64,000 nt of DNA from Candidatus Latescibacterota bacterium (GTDB lineage Bacteria > Latescibacterota > UBA2968): contig OZ242195.1 of assembly GCA_965205975.1 (NCBI GenBank), forward strand, positions 2,112,001 to 2,176,000, in the 5' to 3' direction. Shown here piece by piece: positions 49,453 to 59,536 of the stretch (position 1 is its first letter; every line of letters starts with the position of its first letter). Below the pieces are notes generated by a model, which was not told the origin of the DNA, did not search any database, and saw only the letters and a program-made list of their open reading frames with translations. Both the position numbers and the translations under genes were made by a program.

Positions 49453-51306
49453 ATGAGTGTAAAAATCGCTGTTGTTGATAGTGGTATTGAAAGTTCTCAT
49501 CCTGGTATAGGAACAGTTGCCGGTGGTGTGAATTTGTCATTGAATGAAGAAGGAAATGTTATTCAATCTGACGATTATGAAGATTATGCGGGTCACGGAA
49601 CAGCATGTGCAGGCATTATTCGAAAGAAGGTTCCCGATGCTGAATTGTATAGCATTCGGATTTTTGATCCGTCACTCTCTGCCCACGGTGATGTTTTAAT
49701 TGCGGCGATTGAGTGGGCGATTGAGAATAAAATGGATGTTTTGAATCTGAGCCTGGGTTCGACAGATGTATCCTATAAAGAGCGGCTTAGAGACGTATGC
49801 CTGCGAGCCGTTAAAGCCGGGATGATCATTGTTGCTGCCGAGCACAATGCGGGTCTTGAATGCTATCCGGCTGTCTTCCCTGAGGTCATAGGTGTTGGTG
49901 GTGGAGATATCTACCATCCAGATACCTACCTTTACAGAGATGCACAGACTATTGAATTTGTCGCAAGGGGGAATAAACAGAGACTTTGCTGGTTGGATGG
50001 CAAGGAAATCATCAGCGATGGAACCAGCTTCGCAGCACCCCATATTACAGGGATTGTAGGACGATTACTTCAGGAAAATCCCGGGCGATCATTATCTGAA
50101 ATCAGGCAAATACTCATTGAGAATGCAGAAAAAATACCACCTGATTCGCAGGCTGTTCAGTCCCTACGGAGGCAGAGATCTCTTGACAGGGATTACAGTT
50201 GGGTTAAAAGGGCGGTCTTATATCCGTACAATAAAGAAATGCATTCTCTGGTGCGTTATCGCGACATGCTGCCATTTGAGATTGTTGCTGTCGCCGATCC
50301 GGTAGCAAAGGGGTTGGTGGGAAAAGATGCGGGCGTGGTTATAGGAGAACAACCGTGCGGGTTGCGTATTCAGCCCAATTTGTCTGAAGCATTGCGCGAA
50401 GGAGATACACTTATCCTGGGCTATGTGGATCAGTTAATGCGGATACAACAGCGAGATTTGCTCAAGGAACTGATCAAGATGGCATTGGAAGCAGGTCTAA
50501 ATATTTTCAGTTTTCAAGTCGTCGATCCAGATCGCTATCGAGACTTATATCAATTGGCTGAACAGAACAACCGGTCTATTGTATTTCCACATATTGGTTT
50601 TGACGAAATCGTTGCATCTCAAGAGGCTTATGATCTTTACCCTAATGTCGATGCGCCTGTGGTCGCTGTGATGGGTACGAGTTCTCAACAGGGCAAATTC
50701 ACGTTGCAGATGGCTTTGCGCCGGTCATTCTTAAAGGCTGATTACAAAGTGGCTCAGATTGGTACAGAACACCACTCGGAACTGTTTGAAATGGATTTTG
50801 CCTTTCCGATGGGGTATGGATCAACGCTCAAAATGCCTCAGCAATCTTATGTGCCGTTTTTGGATTTTAAGATGCGCGAAATCAATCACCACAAGCAACC
50901 CGAGATTATCATCACGGGTTCACAATCTGGCACCATACCTTATGATGTTTATGATCACAATACACATTCTCTATCTTCGCTTGCATTTCTTCTCGGTGTC
51001 AAACCAGATGCGTGTGTGCTTGTTGTCAACAGTATTGATACCCATGAATACATCCGGGACACGATAGATGGCATACGCGCGATATGCAAAGCACCGACTC
51101 TGGCACTTGCCATGGGAGACAAAGAAAAGCATGTCCGCACGGCTTATGGCAAAAGCCTTGTGACGACGAGTGAGTTGTCACAAAAAGAAATCAATTCGCA
51201 TCTCAAACGGTTGACGGATACGTTCAGCTTGCCAGCAATACAAATATTATTAGAGAACGATCAAGAAAGGTTATTCAAAATCATCGTGGAATATTTTTCG
51301 AGATAG
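49453..51306 (+). CDS. S8 serine peptidase fused to a DUF1611/TIGR04066-like peptide-maturation domain
   Basis: Triad VVDSG / GHGTACAG / GTSFAAP; C-terminal LYPYNKE, GKDAG, P-loop-like GTSSQQGKFT, QIGTE, GSQSG. Confidence 0.85.
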   Translation: MSVKIAVVDSGIESSHPGIGTVAGGVNLSLNEEGNVIQSDDYEDYAGHGTACAGIIRKKVPDAELYSIRIFDPSLSAHGDVLIAAIEWAIENKMDVLNLSLGSTDVSYKERLRDVCLRAVKAGMIIVAAEHNAGLECYPAVFPEVIGVGGGDIYHPDTYLYRDAQTIEFVARGNKQRLCWLDGKEIISDGTSFAAPHITGIVGRLLQENPGRSLSEIRQILIENAEKIPPDSQAVQSLRRQRSLDRDYSWVKRAVLYPYNKEMHSLVRYRDMLPFEIVAVADPVAKGLVGKDAGVVIGEQPCGLRIQPNLSEALREGDTLILGYVDQLMRIQQRDLLKELIKMALEAGLNIFSFQVVDPDRYRDLYQLAEQNNRSIVFPHIGFDEIVASQEAYDLYPNVDAPVVAVMGTSSQQGKFTLQMALRRSFLKADYKVAQIGTEHHSELFEMDFAFPMGYGSTLKMPQQSYVPFLDFKMREINHHKQPEIIITGSQSGTIPYDVYDHNTHSLSSLAFLLGVKPDACVLVVNSIDTHEYIRDTIDGIRAICKAPTLALAMGDKEKHVRTAYGKSLVTTSELSQKEINSHLKRLTDTFSLPAIQILLENDQERLFKIIVEYFSR

Positions 51307-51325
51307 CAGCATTTGGGAGGGGTAA

Positions 51326-52189
51326 ATGCCACGTCAATCAATGGTTCTGGCCTGCGCCGATTCTGTCTTTCTATCCGAAATGCGTTCTGAAATAGAGAAA
51401 AATTTTGAAATCGAGATCATCGAAACCATAGACAGCAAGGACAGACTTTGGGGTTGTTTGAAGGAAATGAGGCCCTCGGTCCTCTGCATCTCAACGGATT
51501 TACTCGACAGCATTGGGCAAGTCTCTAAAATCAGGAAGTCGGCGAAGAGATCAAAACTGATTATTTGGGGCGAGGATAATATCGCCCTTGCTGTTGACGC
51601 GATGTATTTGGGGGCTGATTACTATGCCCTGAAAGGAGGGAATCTCGCGTTCTTTTTGGAAAAACTCCAGAAGATCACGGGTTTAAGAAAAAGATCCCAC
51701 TCTGTTTGGGCTTCAAAATTAGATGGTTTTTTGAGAGACCAGTTCAAAAATTCATCCTTAAATTTAAGCGTCTTGTGCGATCATTTCGGGATTTCACCGA
51801 GCTATGCGACGCGGTTGTTCCGCGAACATATCGGGATATCCTTTCACAAGTATTTGTCCTTTTATCGCGTGGAAGAAGCAAAACGCTATCTTGCCGACAC
51901 CAAAGACCTGATTTATGAGATTGCTGACAAATGTGGATTCACAGACAGCAACCACCTGATCAGAGTTTTTTTTAAATTTACAAATATGTCTCCAGACCAA
52001 TATCGAAAGTCTTTACAAGACACTGATTGGTTGGAATACAATTTGTCTGGTCATTCTATGCAGTTAAGCACCTCCCAACACCTGACGCGGCCCAACCAAT
52101 TACAAAAGAGAATATTCCGATACGACAACAGCTCTGTGACCGGTTTTGCAACAAAAGCGGAGTGTTCCAAACTCTGTTCTCGCATATGA
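51326..52189 (+). CDS. AraC-family regulator with degenerate receiver-like N-terminal domain
   Basis: ISPSYATRLFRE..G.SF, R.EEAK.YL, IYEIA.KCGF.DSNH..RVF.K...SP.QYRK; GGAGG RBS. Confidence 0.88.
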   Translation: MPRQSMVLACADSVFLSEMRSEIEKNFEIEIIETIDSKDRLWGCLKEMRPSVLCISTDLLDSIGQVSKIRKSAKRSKLIIWGEDNIALAVDAMYLGADYYALKGGNLAFFLEKLQKITGLRKRSHSVWASKLDGFLRDQFKNSSLNLSVLCDHFGISPSYATRLFREHIGISFHKYLSFYRVEEAKRYLADTKDLIYEIADKCGFTDSNHLIRVFFKFTNMSPDQYRKSLQDTDWLEYNLSGHSMQLSTSQHLTRPNQLQKRIFRYDNSSVTGFATKAECSKLCSRI

Positions 52190-52352
52190 GGACGAAGAAG
52201 ACGGCGTAGGCAAAACTACTCTATACGTGCCCTCAGCTTACTGTAACTGGGAAATTGAAGGATGTAGTACTCGTTACAATTATGATGGAGATTGCACTGC
52301 GATAACTTGGACGGGTGATGGTTGGACTATATTCACTTGTTTTGATGGTTAA
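52146..52352 (+). CDS. Putative RiPP precursor peptide 1 (4 Cys); start uncertain, possibly 5'-damaged
   Basis: NSVLAYEDEED shared with 59537-59764 at protein and DNA level; TTG start, no clear RBS, overlaps the AraC tail. Confidence 0.65.
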   Translation: MQQKRSVPNSVLAYEDEEDGVGKTTLYVPSAYCNWEIEGCSTRYNYDGDCTAITWTGDGWTIFTCFDG

Positions 52353-52403
52353 GTACGGGGTAAGGAATGGATGATCCCTGTAGGATTTGTCTCATATTAG
52401 ATT

Positions 52404-52439
52404 ACAGGACAATGTACTTGCTATAGTATGTTGTCCTGT
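52404..52439 (+). repeat. Conserved junction hairpin ACAGGACAA-N17/18-TTGTCCTGT, copy 1 of 6
   Basis: Other copies at 53738-53772, 57873-57907, 59223-59257, 59838-59872, 61268-61302. Confidence 0.85.
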
Positions 52440-52499
52440 TTCATATTTATTATGAGCGATTTTTCGATTCCGCTGAATTTTGTTCTGAGAGGTAGTGCT

Positions 52500-53684
52500 A
52501 TGAGAAAATCAATCATTCTATTTTGTGCTTCTTGCTTATTTTTTTCCTGCAATCAAAATGCAGAAATATCTCAAGACAAGCCGCCTTTGCAAAATGTAGC
52601 GGCACAGACAGTAGAGAAACAGAAGATACGGATGGAGAAGGTTTCTGAGATCCACCTTCAAGAGAATGAGGAAATTTATATTGGAACAATTCAGAGAATA
52701 AGAGTTGACCAAAACAGAATTTATCTCATGGATAGGAGCCGTAAGCAAGTTCTGATATATTCTATGGAAGGTGAATTTATTCGCGCCTTAGGCAGAAGCG
52801 GCGAAGGTCCTGGAGAGTTTCGCTATTTATATACAATGGATGTCAAAGATCACTTGGTTGCCTGCTTTGACCAAGGAAATATGCGAATGACTTTGTTTGA
52901 TACTTCGGGGGTATTCATCAGGTCTTTTGGAACCCGCTCACAAGACTCTGTTCCTTTGGGCAATTGTGTTGCAATCACACAACATCATACCATTCTACAC
53001 TGCCAGCAATCTACGAAGTTAACAAGAGAGGATGACTTGAAACTCTCCTATCCGTGGTTGATCTGTGAATTTGATACATTGGGTAATGTTCTCTCGCATC
53101 ACGGAAAATTCAACCGCCAGATTGTTGGTGATAAAATTGACAAACCGTTCACTGAATTCAAGTGGTCATTTCCTCGTTTTATCACAAGCAGAGATTCTCA
53201 AATATTTCTTTATTTTTTTAATATCCCTATTGTTGTTAGATATGACGAAAGCCATGCGGTTTCCCAAGTCTTCAACGTTGCAACGTCTATTACGAAACCC
53301 AAGTGGGTTGATAAAAACGCGGAAAAACTTCAGCATTTGAGTCCAGAGGCAAGAGCAAAATTGGCCATTCAACGAATGAAAAATGAGCATTCAATAATAA
53401 CATTTATTTCCGATATTGCTTATGTTGATAAGCATTCACTTCTATTTATTTTGCAAGGAGAGGAAGGACGCCAAGGCATTGATCGGACGCGCTCTTATTA
53501 TCTGAGTGCGTATGATGTGAATACTGGGCATCGTTTAATGACGGATATGCACCTACAATCAGAAAAATCTGTGTACTTCCAGCGCATAGCCGTTGACCAA
53601 AATGGCTTTATTTATAGCATCCATAACCATCAGCCTGACAATTTTGTAATCGCTAAATATGAGATCATCAGAGAGGAAATTTAG
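52500..53684 (+). CDS. 6-bladed beta-propeller lipoprotein, subtype A
   Basis: Lipobox LFFSC; G.FIR.LGR.GEGPGEF motif. Confidence 0.85.
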   Translation: MRKSIILFCASCLFFSCNQNAEISQDKPPLQNVAAQTVEKQKIRMEKVSEIHLQENEEIYIGTIQRIRVDQNRIYLMDRSRKQVLIYSMEGEFIRALGRSGEGPGEFRYLYTMDVKDHLVACFDQGNMRMTLFDTSGVFIRSFGTRSQDSVPLGNCVAITQHHTILHCQQSTKLTREDDLKLSYPWLICEFDTLGNVLSHHGKFNRQIVGDKIDKPFTEFKWSFPRFITSRDSQIFLYFFNIPIVVRYDESHAVSQVFNVATSITKPKWVDKNAEKLQHLSPEARAKLAIQRMKNEHSIITFISDIAYVDKHSLLFILQGEEGRQGIDRTRSYYLSAYDVNTGHRLMTDMHLQSEKSVYFQRIAVDQNGFIYSIHNHQPDNFVIAKYEIIREEI

Positions 53685-54802
53685 AGATCAAGAACTGGAC
53701 TAAATTCAATTCGAATACCTTTCACTGGAATGAGACAACAGGACAATGCACTTTTATCGTGTGTTGTTCTGTTGCATTTTAATGATTTAATTATCGATAT
53801 TCGATAATGATTTGAGCTTCACATGGGACATAAAATGACAAATTGGACAGTCTGTGTTTTGATCTGTGCGTTGGCGGTAGGCTGTCAGTCTGAGCAAGCC
53901 CCTGCTGTGGACGAGATACCGACCACCGACGTTCAAACGAAGCCATCTAATCAGGACAAAAAATTCGCGCTACAAAAGGTCTCAGAAATTCTGCTTGTAG
54001 AAGATCCCGATGATCCAATCGGAATTATCAAAGGTCTTCGCATTGACCAGGACCGCATTTATCTGATGGATACCAGCCAAAAAAGAATCATGGCTTTTAC
54101 CATAGATGGGCAATTTGTTCGCACCATTGGACGACAGGGCGGCGGACCGGGCGAGTTTCGTCAGTTATTTACCATGGATGTGAGAGACGGTTTAATTGCG
54201 TGTTTTGACCAGGCCAGGAGTCGCATTACCCTATTTGACACTTCGGGCACTTTTTTGAACTCCTTTGGAGCACGCACCAAAGCGTCTGCACCTTCGGGGA
54301 ATTGCATACGCATTACCCCGCAAAAAACCCTGTTGCTTTGCCATAAATCGTCTGAAGCACCCAAAAAACAAATAGAAGAAAACAATTACACCTGGACAAT
54401 ATGCGAATTTGATACACTCGGCAATGTGCTTTCGTATTTTGCACCGTACAATCAAGACATTGTAGGAGATAAACTTGAGCGTCCTTTGAATGAGTATGCG
54501 TTTTCGTTTGCCCAATTTCGTGCATCCAGTCCAGCCATAACACATCTTTGGAGGGGAAATATTCCGATTGTCGTTGCATATAAGGGACGTCAATCCATAG
54601 AGAAAACCATTGATATAAAAACAAATCTTACCAAGCCCAGATTTAGACAAGAGGCTGGCAAGATGCGTCAATCGCAGGGACCACCAACTGCTGCAAGCGT
54701 TAGAGCCAGGATAGAGAAACTTCAAAAAAATCCCCGTATAGAAACTTCTATACGGGATGTTTGGAGTTACCCCGCTTCGGTGGAGTATTTAGGGCTTGTG
54801 TA

Positions 54803-55651
54803 TCAAGCCTGTGATAGATGCAGTTTTTCATAAGCTATCGGCGCATAGTAGGCGATGGAAGAATGCCTGCGATGCGGGTTATACCATCCTTCAATATAGG
54901 AGAAGATAGCTAACCGCGCTTCCTTATGCGTACGGAAGCAACGACGATTGATCAACTCACACTCCAAGGTGGCGAAGAAGCTCTCGCACAGTGCGTTGTC
55001 ATAGCAGTCGCCAGCAGATCCCATTGAGGGACGCACGCCAGCCTCACGGCAACGCTTTCCAAATGCTATGGAGGTATATTGTGCCCCCTGGTCAGAGTGG
55101 TGGATCACGTCTTCGGGACGGCGCTGGTAAAGGGCCATATTTAAAGCTGACACGACCAACTCACTTTGCAGGTGTGTTGCCATAGCCCAACCCACGACGC
55201 GGCGGGAGAAGGCGTCCAAGACAACACTCAGATACAAGAAGCCAGACCAGGTGGGTACGTAGGTGATGTCAGCCACCCAGAGTTTATTGACCGTTGGCAC
55301 AGTAAAGTCTCGCTTTATCAGATCGGGAGCCTTTCTATCCTGATGCGCCTGACGCGTCGTTTGCGTGCTCTTTCGGCGAGAAACGCCACAAATGCCCATC
55401 TCACGCATCAGGCGTGCTACGCGCTTCTTCCCTACTCGGATACCCATATCCATCAGGTCTTTCCAGATGCGAGGGGCACCATAGGTGCTATCTGATCGGG
55501 TGTGAAAGGCTTTGATATGCGCCTTCAACTGTGCATCAACCTTTGCGCGTTTAGAGGCCGGACGTGCTCGCCAGGCATAATACCCGCTGAGGGAAACACC
55601 CAGCGTTCGGCATTGCATGGCGATTGGCCAACGTGCCTGGTGCGCTTTCAC
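54803..55651 (-). CDS. IS3 transposase OrfB (DDE integrase core)
   Basis: YGAPRI, WVADITY, HHSDQG.QY, DNA..ESFF..LE.E, YNP.R.HS. Confidence 0.95.
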   Translation of the reverse strand: MKAHQARWPIAMQCRTLGVSLSGYYAWRARPASKRAKVDAQLKAHIKAFHTRSDSTYGAPRIWKDLMDMGIRVGKKRVARLMREMGICGVSRRKSTQTTRQAHQDRKAPDLIKRDFTVPTVNKLWVADITYVPTWSGFLYLSVVLDAFSRRVVGWAMATHLQSELVVSALNMALYQRRPEDVIHHSDQGAQYTSIAFGKRCREAGVRPSMGSAGDCYDNALCESFFATLECELINRRCFRTHKEARLAIFSYIEGWYNPHRRHSSIAYYAPIAYEKLHLSQA

Positions 55652-55962
55652 GAACGCGAAGATTTTTTGGGGATCGCGTCGGTCTCCGCTGCGAACCAGG
55701 CCGCTGCTTTTGACAATATCTCGCGCTCAATGCGCAACTGCTTGTTCTCACGTCGAAGACGACGCAACTCTTCGCGCTCAGAACTGGTCAGGCCGTCTTC
55801 TCGAAGTCCTTCATCTCGATCAGCCTGACGTATCCAGTTTTGGATCGTCTGAGCGGTTGGCTCAAACTCTTTGGCCAACTCGGATGGAGAGCGACCAGCG
55901 CGCACAAGCTCGACGATCTGGCGCTTCAACTCGGATGGATAAGGCGGACGTGTTGGTGGCAT
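55648..55962 (-). CDS. IS3 transposase OrfA
   Basis: MPPTRPPYPSELK HTH, EL.RLRREN.QLR.EREIL.KAA; AGAAAGGA RBS. Confidence 0.92.
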   Translation of the reverse strand: MPPTRPPYPSELKRQIVELVRAGRSPSELAKEFEPTAQTIQNWIRQADRDEGLREDGLTSSEREELRRLRRENKQLRIEREILSKAAAWFAAETDAIPKKSSRS

Positions 55963-56401
55963 AGTGGGTCTCCTTTCTGAGTACTGATAAGGTACCCACC
56001 AAAACGGGTCAAGTCCAGTATTTGATGAAGCGCATTCAATTTTGCTTGTTTTACAAACTAAAAGCATATATCGAGGCACAGGCCCTGGAGGAGTAGGTGC
56101 GGAACGCTCTTGTTTCTTAAGTCTTTTTGACTATGATTCAGGACAAAATATCCTATCCGATATGCGATTTCCGGACCGCGAAGAGCAGCCAACGTATGTC
56201 AGAATAGATATGGATGCAGATGGGGCGATTTATTGTATAGAAAATGATGCGCCTGATAACTACGTTATTGGGAAGTATCGCCTTGTCGGAGAAAGCGCGA
56301 GAAAGGAGTAAATTTGTAGGTCGGGAGGTCGTGCGATTCGTTACATCGGGAACTGGTCTTCGTCGCGAAACAAAATTCTGTTACTTGGCATAAGAGAAAG
56401 C

Positions 56402-56437
56402 AAAAGGACAACCTCCACAACAAGAGGTTGTCCTTTT
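56402..56437 (+). terminator. Hairpin sharing the AGGACAA/TTGTCCT core with the junction repeat
   Basis: aaaaggacaacctc-cacaacaa-gaggttgtcctttt. Confidence 0.7.
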
Positions 56438-56439
56438 AA

Positions 56440-56481
56440 TATTCATTGCAAGTTTTTCTTTATTCATTGCAAGTTTTTCTT
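56440..56481 (+). repeat. Perfect 21-bp tandem duplication
   Basis: tattcattgcaagtttttctt x2. Confidence 0.9.
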
Positions 56482-56566
56482 TCGCGCTATATTTTGGTCA
56501 ATGCGTCATTGTTTGAAGCGGCCTTGCAATACGCGACAATGATTTGAGCCTCACATAGGACATAAA

Positions 56567-57775
56567 ATGGCAAAATGGACAGTATGTGTCTTGATCTGTG
56601 CTTTGTCGGTGGGATGTCAGTCTGAACAAGCTCCTGCTGTAGCTGAGGTGCCTAAAGACGACATTCAAATGAAGCCACCCAATCATGACAGGAAATTCAC
56701 ACTACAAAAGGTCTCAGAGATTCTGATATTAGAAAACCCAGATGAGCCCATTGGGGTCGTCAGTGGTTTGCGCGTAGATCAAGACCGTATTTATTTAAAG
56801 GATAAAAGTCAAAAAAGGATCATGGTTTTTACCATCAATGGGCAATTTGTTCGCTCCATTGGGCGACAAGGAGGCGGCCCGGGTGAGTTTCGCCGTTTAT
56901 ATACCATGGATGTTAGAGATGGTTTAATTGCATGTTTTGACGAAGGAACCCGTCGGATTACGCTGTTTGATAGTTCTGGCGTTTTTTTGAACTCCTTTGG
57001 AGTACGTACCAAAAAGTCTGTTCCAGCAGGGAGTTGCATCAGCATTACTCCGCAAAAAACCCTGATACTTTGCTCTGAATCAATAGAGTCGCCAAAAAAA
57101 CAAATGGCAGAACACAATTATCCCTGGTTAATATGCGAATTTGATACGCTCGGTAATGTGCTTTCGTATTTTGCTCCATACAATGATAAAGTATTGGGAG
57201 ATAATCTTGAGAAACTTGAAAGACCATTGCACGAATATGAGTTTTCTTTTGCAATCTTTCGGTCAGACTCTCCAACCATAACACATCTTTGGATGGGAAA
57301 TATTCCTATTGTCGTCGCATATCAGGACCGTCAATCCATCGAGAAAACAATCAATGTCAAAACTGCCCTCACCAAACCCAAATTTAGAGAAAAGAAGGAA
57401 AATGTTGGTCAACAGCAAGGACCAACCGCAGCAAGCGTTAGAGCCAGGATAGAGAAACTTCGGAAAAATCCCCGTGTAGAAACTTCTATATCGGATGTTC
57501 TATTTGACGAAGAGCATTCACTATTGCTCGTTTTACAGCAACAAGTAACACTGCGAGGGGGACCACCGGAACGCGCCTATTTCTTAAATCTCTTTGACTA
57601 TGATTCAGGGCAGAACATCCTATCCGATATGCGATTTCCTAATGTTGAAGAACAGCCAAGGTATGTCAGAATAGATATGGATGCTGGTGGCGCGATTTAT
57701 TGTATAGAAAATGATGCGCCTGATAACTACGTCATTGGGAAGTATCGCCTTGTCGAAGAAAGCGCAAGAAAATAG
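56567..57775 (+). CDS. 6-bladed beta-propeller lipoprotein, subtype B
   Basis: Lipobox LSVGC; GRQGGGPGEF; paralogue of 53835 and 59995. Confidence 0.85.
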   Translation: MAKWTVCVLICALSVGCQSEQAPAVAEVPKDDIQMKPPNHDRKFTLQKVSEILILENPDEPIGVVSGLRVDQDRIYLKDKSQKRIMVFTINGQFVRSIGRQGGGPGEFRRLYTMDVRDGLIACFDEGTRRITLFDSSGVFLNSFGVRTKKSVPAGSCISITPQKTLILCSESIESPKKQMAEHNYPWLICEFDTLGNVLSYFAPYNDKVLGDNLEKLERPLHEYEFSFAIFRSDSPTITHLWMGNIPIVVAYQDRQSIEKTINVKTALTKPKFREKKENVGQQQGPTAASVRARIEKLRKNPRVETSISDVLFDEEHSLLLVLQQQVTLRGGPPERAYFLNLFDYDSGQNILSDMRFPNVEEQPRYVRIDMDAGGAIYCIENDAPDNYVIGKYRLVEESARK

Positions 57776-57981
57776 AGCCTCAAATCAAAAAACCGTCTGA
57801 ATCAGGATGGGCAAGATGAGCGGATAAGCAGGATAAGGCACGGGTTGTTCCATAGCACTTAGAAGTTAGATCACAGGACAACGTACTTGCAGAGTATGTT
57901 GTCCTGTTTTAATATTCCTGATGAGTATTCCTTATGAGCGATTTTTCTATTGCATTGGACTTTGTTCTGAAGAGGTTGTGT

Positions 57982-59169
57982 ATGACAAAATCAATCATTC
58001 TGTTTTGTGTTTCCTGCTTCTTTTTTGCATGCAATCAGGATGCAGAAGTATCGCAAGACAAACCGTCTTTGCAAAATTCAGAGGCACAAACAGTAGAGAA
58101 CCATCAAATACGTATGGAGAAGGTTTCTGAGATCCACTTAAAGGAAAATGAAAAAGCGTATATTGGAGAAATAAAAAAAATAAAAATTAATGAAAATCGA
58201 ATCTTTCTTATGGATAAGAGTCTGAAGCAGGTTCTGATATTTTCTATGGAAGGTGAATTTGTTCGTGCCTTAGGCAGGAGCGGTGGAGGGCCTGGCGAAT
58301 TTCGCTTTTTGTATACGATGGATGTCAAAGACAACTTAGTCGCTTGTTTTGACCAGGGAACACGTAGAATGACCTTGTTCGACACTTCGGGTGTGTTCAT
58401 CAGGTCTTTTGGAACCCAGTCGCAAAGGTCAGTTCCTCAGGGCAATTGCGTTGCAATCACACAACATCATACGATTTTACACAGCCAAAACCCTAAGGGA
58501 CTACCCAAAAAGCAGTGGCTATCATACACCTATCCTTATTTGATCTGCGAATTTGATACATTGGGCAACGTCCTATCCCATTATGGAAAATTCAACCAGC
58601 AGATCGTCGGAGACAAACTTGATAAACCATTAACTGAATTTGAGTGGTCATTTCCTCACTTTATCGCAAGTGGAAAGTCTCAAACGTACCTTTGGTTTGC
58701 TAATATTCCTCTTGTTGTCAAGAATGACGAAAGTAATGAGATTTCCAAAGCCTTCAACGTAGCAACGCCGATTACGAAACCGAAGTGGGTTGATAAAGAC
58801 AGAAAGAAAAAGGAAGAAGAAATGCGACATTTGAGTAATAAAGAAAAAATGATGCTGGCCATTCAACTCATGAAAAACGACCATTCGACAACAACACAAA
58901 TGTATGACATTGCTTATGTTGATAAGCATAAAATTTTATTGACTTTACAAACAGAAGAAGTGCGCCGAGGCTTTCCTCACTGGACGCGCACTCGCTATCT
59001 GAGTGCGTATGATGTGCATACTGGGCAACGTTTAATGACGGATATCCCTCTCCAATCGAAATACGAGACTTTGGCCGTTGACCAAGATGGCTTTTTCTAT
59101 TGTATTCAGAGTGATAAACCTGACAATTTTGTAATCGCCAAATATGAGATCATTAGAGAGGAAATTTAG
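57982..59169 (+). CDS. 6-bladed beta-propeller lipoprotein, subtype A
   Basis: Lipobox FFFAC; paralogue of 52500. Confidence 0.85.
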   Translation: MTKSIILFCVSCFFFACNQDAEVSQDKPSLQNSEAQTVENHQIRMEKVSEIHLKENEKAYIGEIKKIKINENRIFLMDKSLKQVLIFSMEGEFVRALGRSGGGPGEFRFLYTMDVKDNLVACFDQGTRRMTLFDTSGVFIRSFGTQSQRSVPQGNCVAITQHHTILHSQNPKGLPKKQWLSYTYPYLICEFDTLGNVLSHYGKFNQQIVGDKLDKPLTEFEWSFPHFIASGKSQTYLWFANIPLVVKNDESNEISKAFNVATPITKPKWVDKDRKKKEEEMRHLSNKEKMMLAIQLMKNDHSTTTQMYDIAYVDKHKILLTLQTEEVRRGFPHWTRTRYLSAYDVHTGQRLMTDIPLQSKYETLAVDQDGFFYCIQSDKPDNFVIAKYEIIREEI

Positions 59170-59304
59170 AGGTCAAGAACTGGACTAAATTCAATTCGAA
59201 TACTTTTCACTGGAATAAGACAACAGGACAATGCACTCAAAAAGTGTGTTGTCCTGTTCCTTTTTGCAGAATCGCACGGACACGCATTTGGAAGAACCTG
59301 GATA

Positions 59305-59417
59305 TTTGCTACAAAAGATGTGTTTCAGTGTGCAAAATAGATACGTATGGCAGAAAATGATATTCATAAGGTTTGTCGCATCAATCACAAGGCTATATCT
59401 TTAGATCAAGTTACGAT
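59305..59417 (+). promoter_or_regulatory. 113-bp putative promoter/operator, duplicated at 61552-61664
   Basis: tttgctacaaaagat...caaaatagatacgt.tggcagaaaatgatatt.ataaggtttgt...gttacgat in both copies. Confidence 0.65.
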
Positions 59418-59536
59418 GCAGAGTGCATTGAGGTTGTTCACTACAGAGAGCCGCGTGATTGTTTGGTCAAAAGCATTTTGCTGACCTTTATAGCCGCCAT
59501 CCAGCGGATCTCTAAACATAACGAAAGGAGTTTCAA

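Larger units (their letters stand above)
54762..56017 (-). mobile_element. IS3-family insertion sequence (1256 bp)
   Basis: TG...CA termini; imperfect IRs TGGAGTTACCCCGCTTCGGTGG / TGGACTTGACCCGTTTTGGTGG; orfA and orfB with an A6 slippery site at 55663-55668. Confidence 0.93.
53835..56311 (+). pseudogene. 6-bladed beta-propeller lipoprotein, subtype B, interrupted by IS3
   Basis: 5' part ends ...ETSIRDV at 54761; 3' part VFDEAHS... resumes at 56018 in frame and matches paralogues. Confidence 0.9.

Noticed and set aside
55963..56079. N-terminal extension of IS3 OrfA in the ORF track
   Set aside because: Extends beyond the IS end at 56017; the RBS supports ATG at 55962
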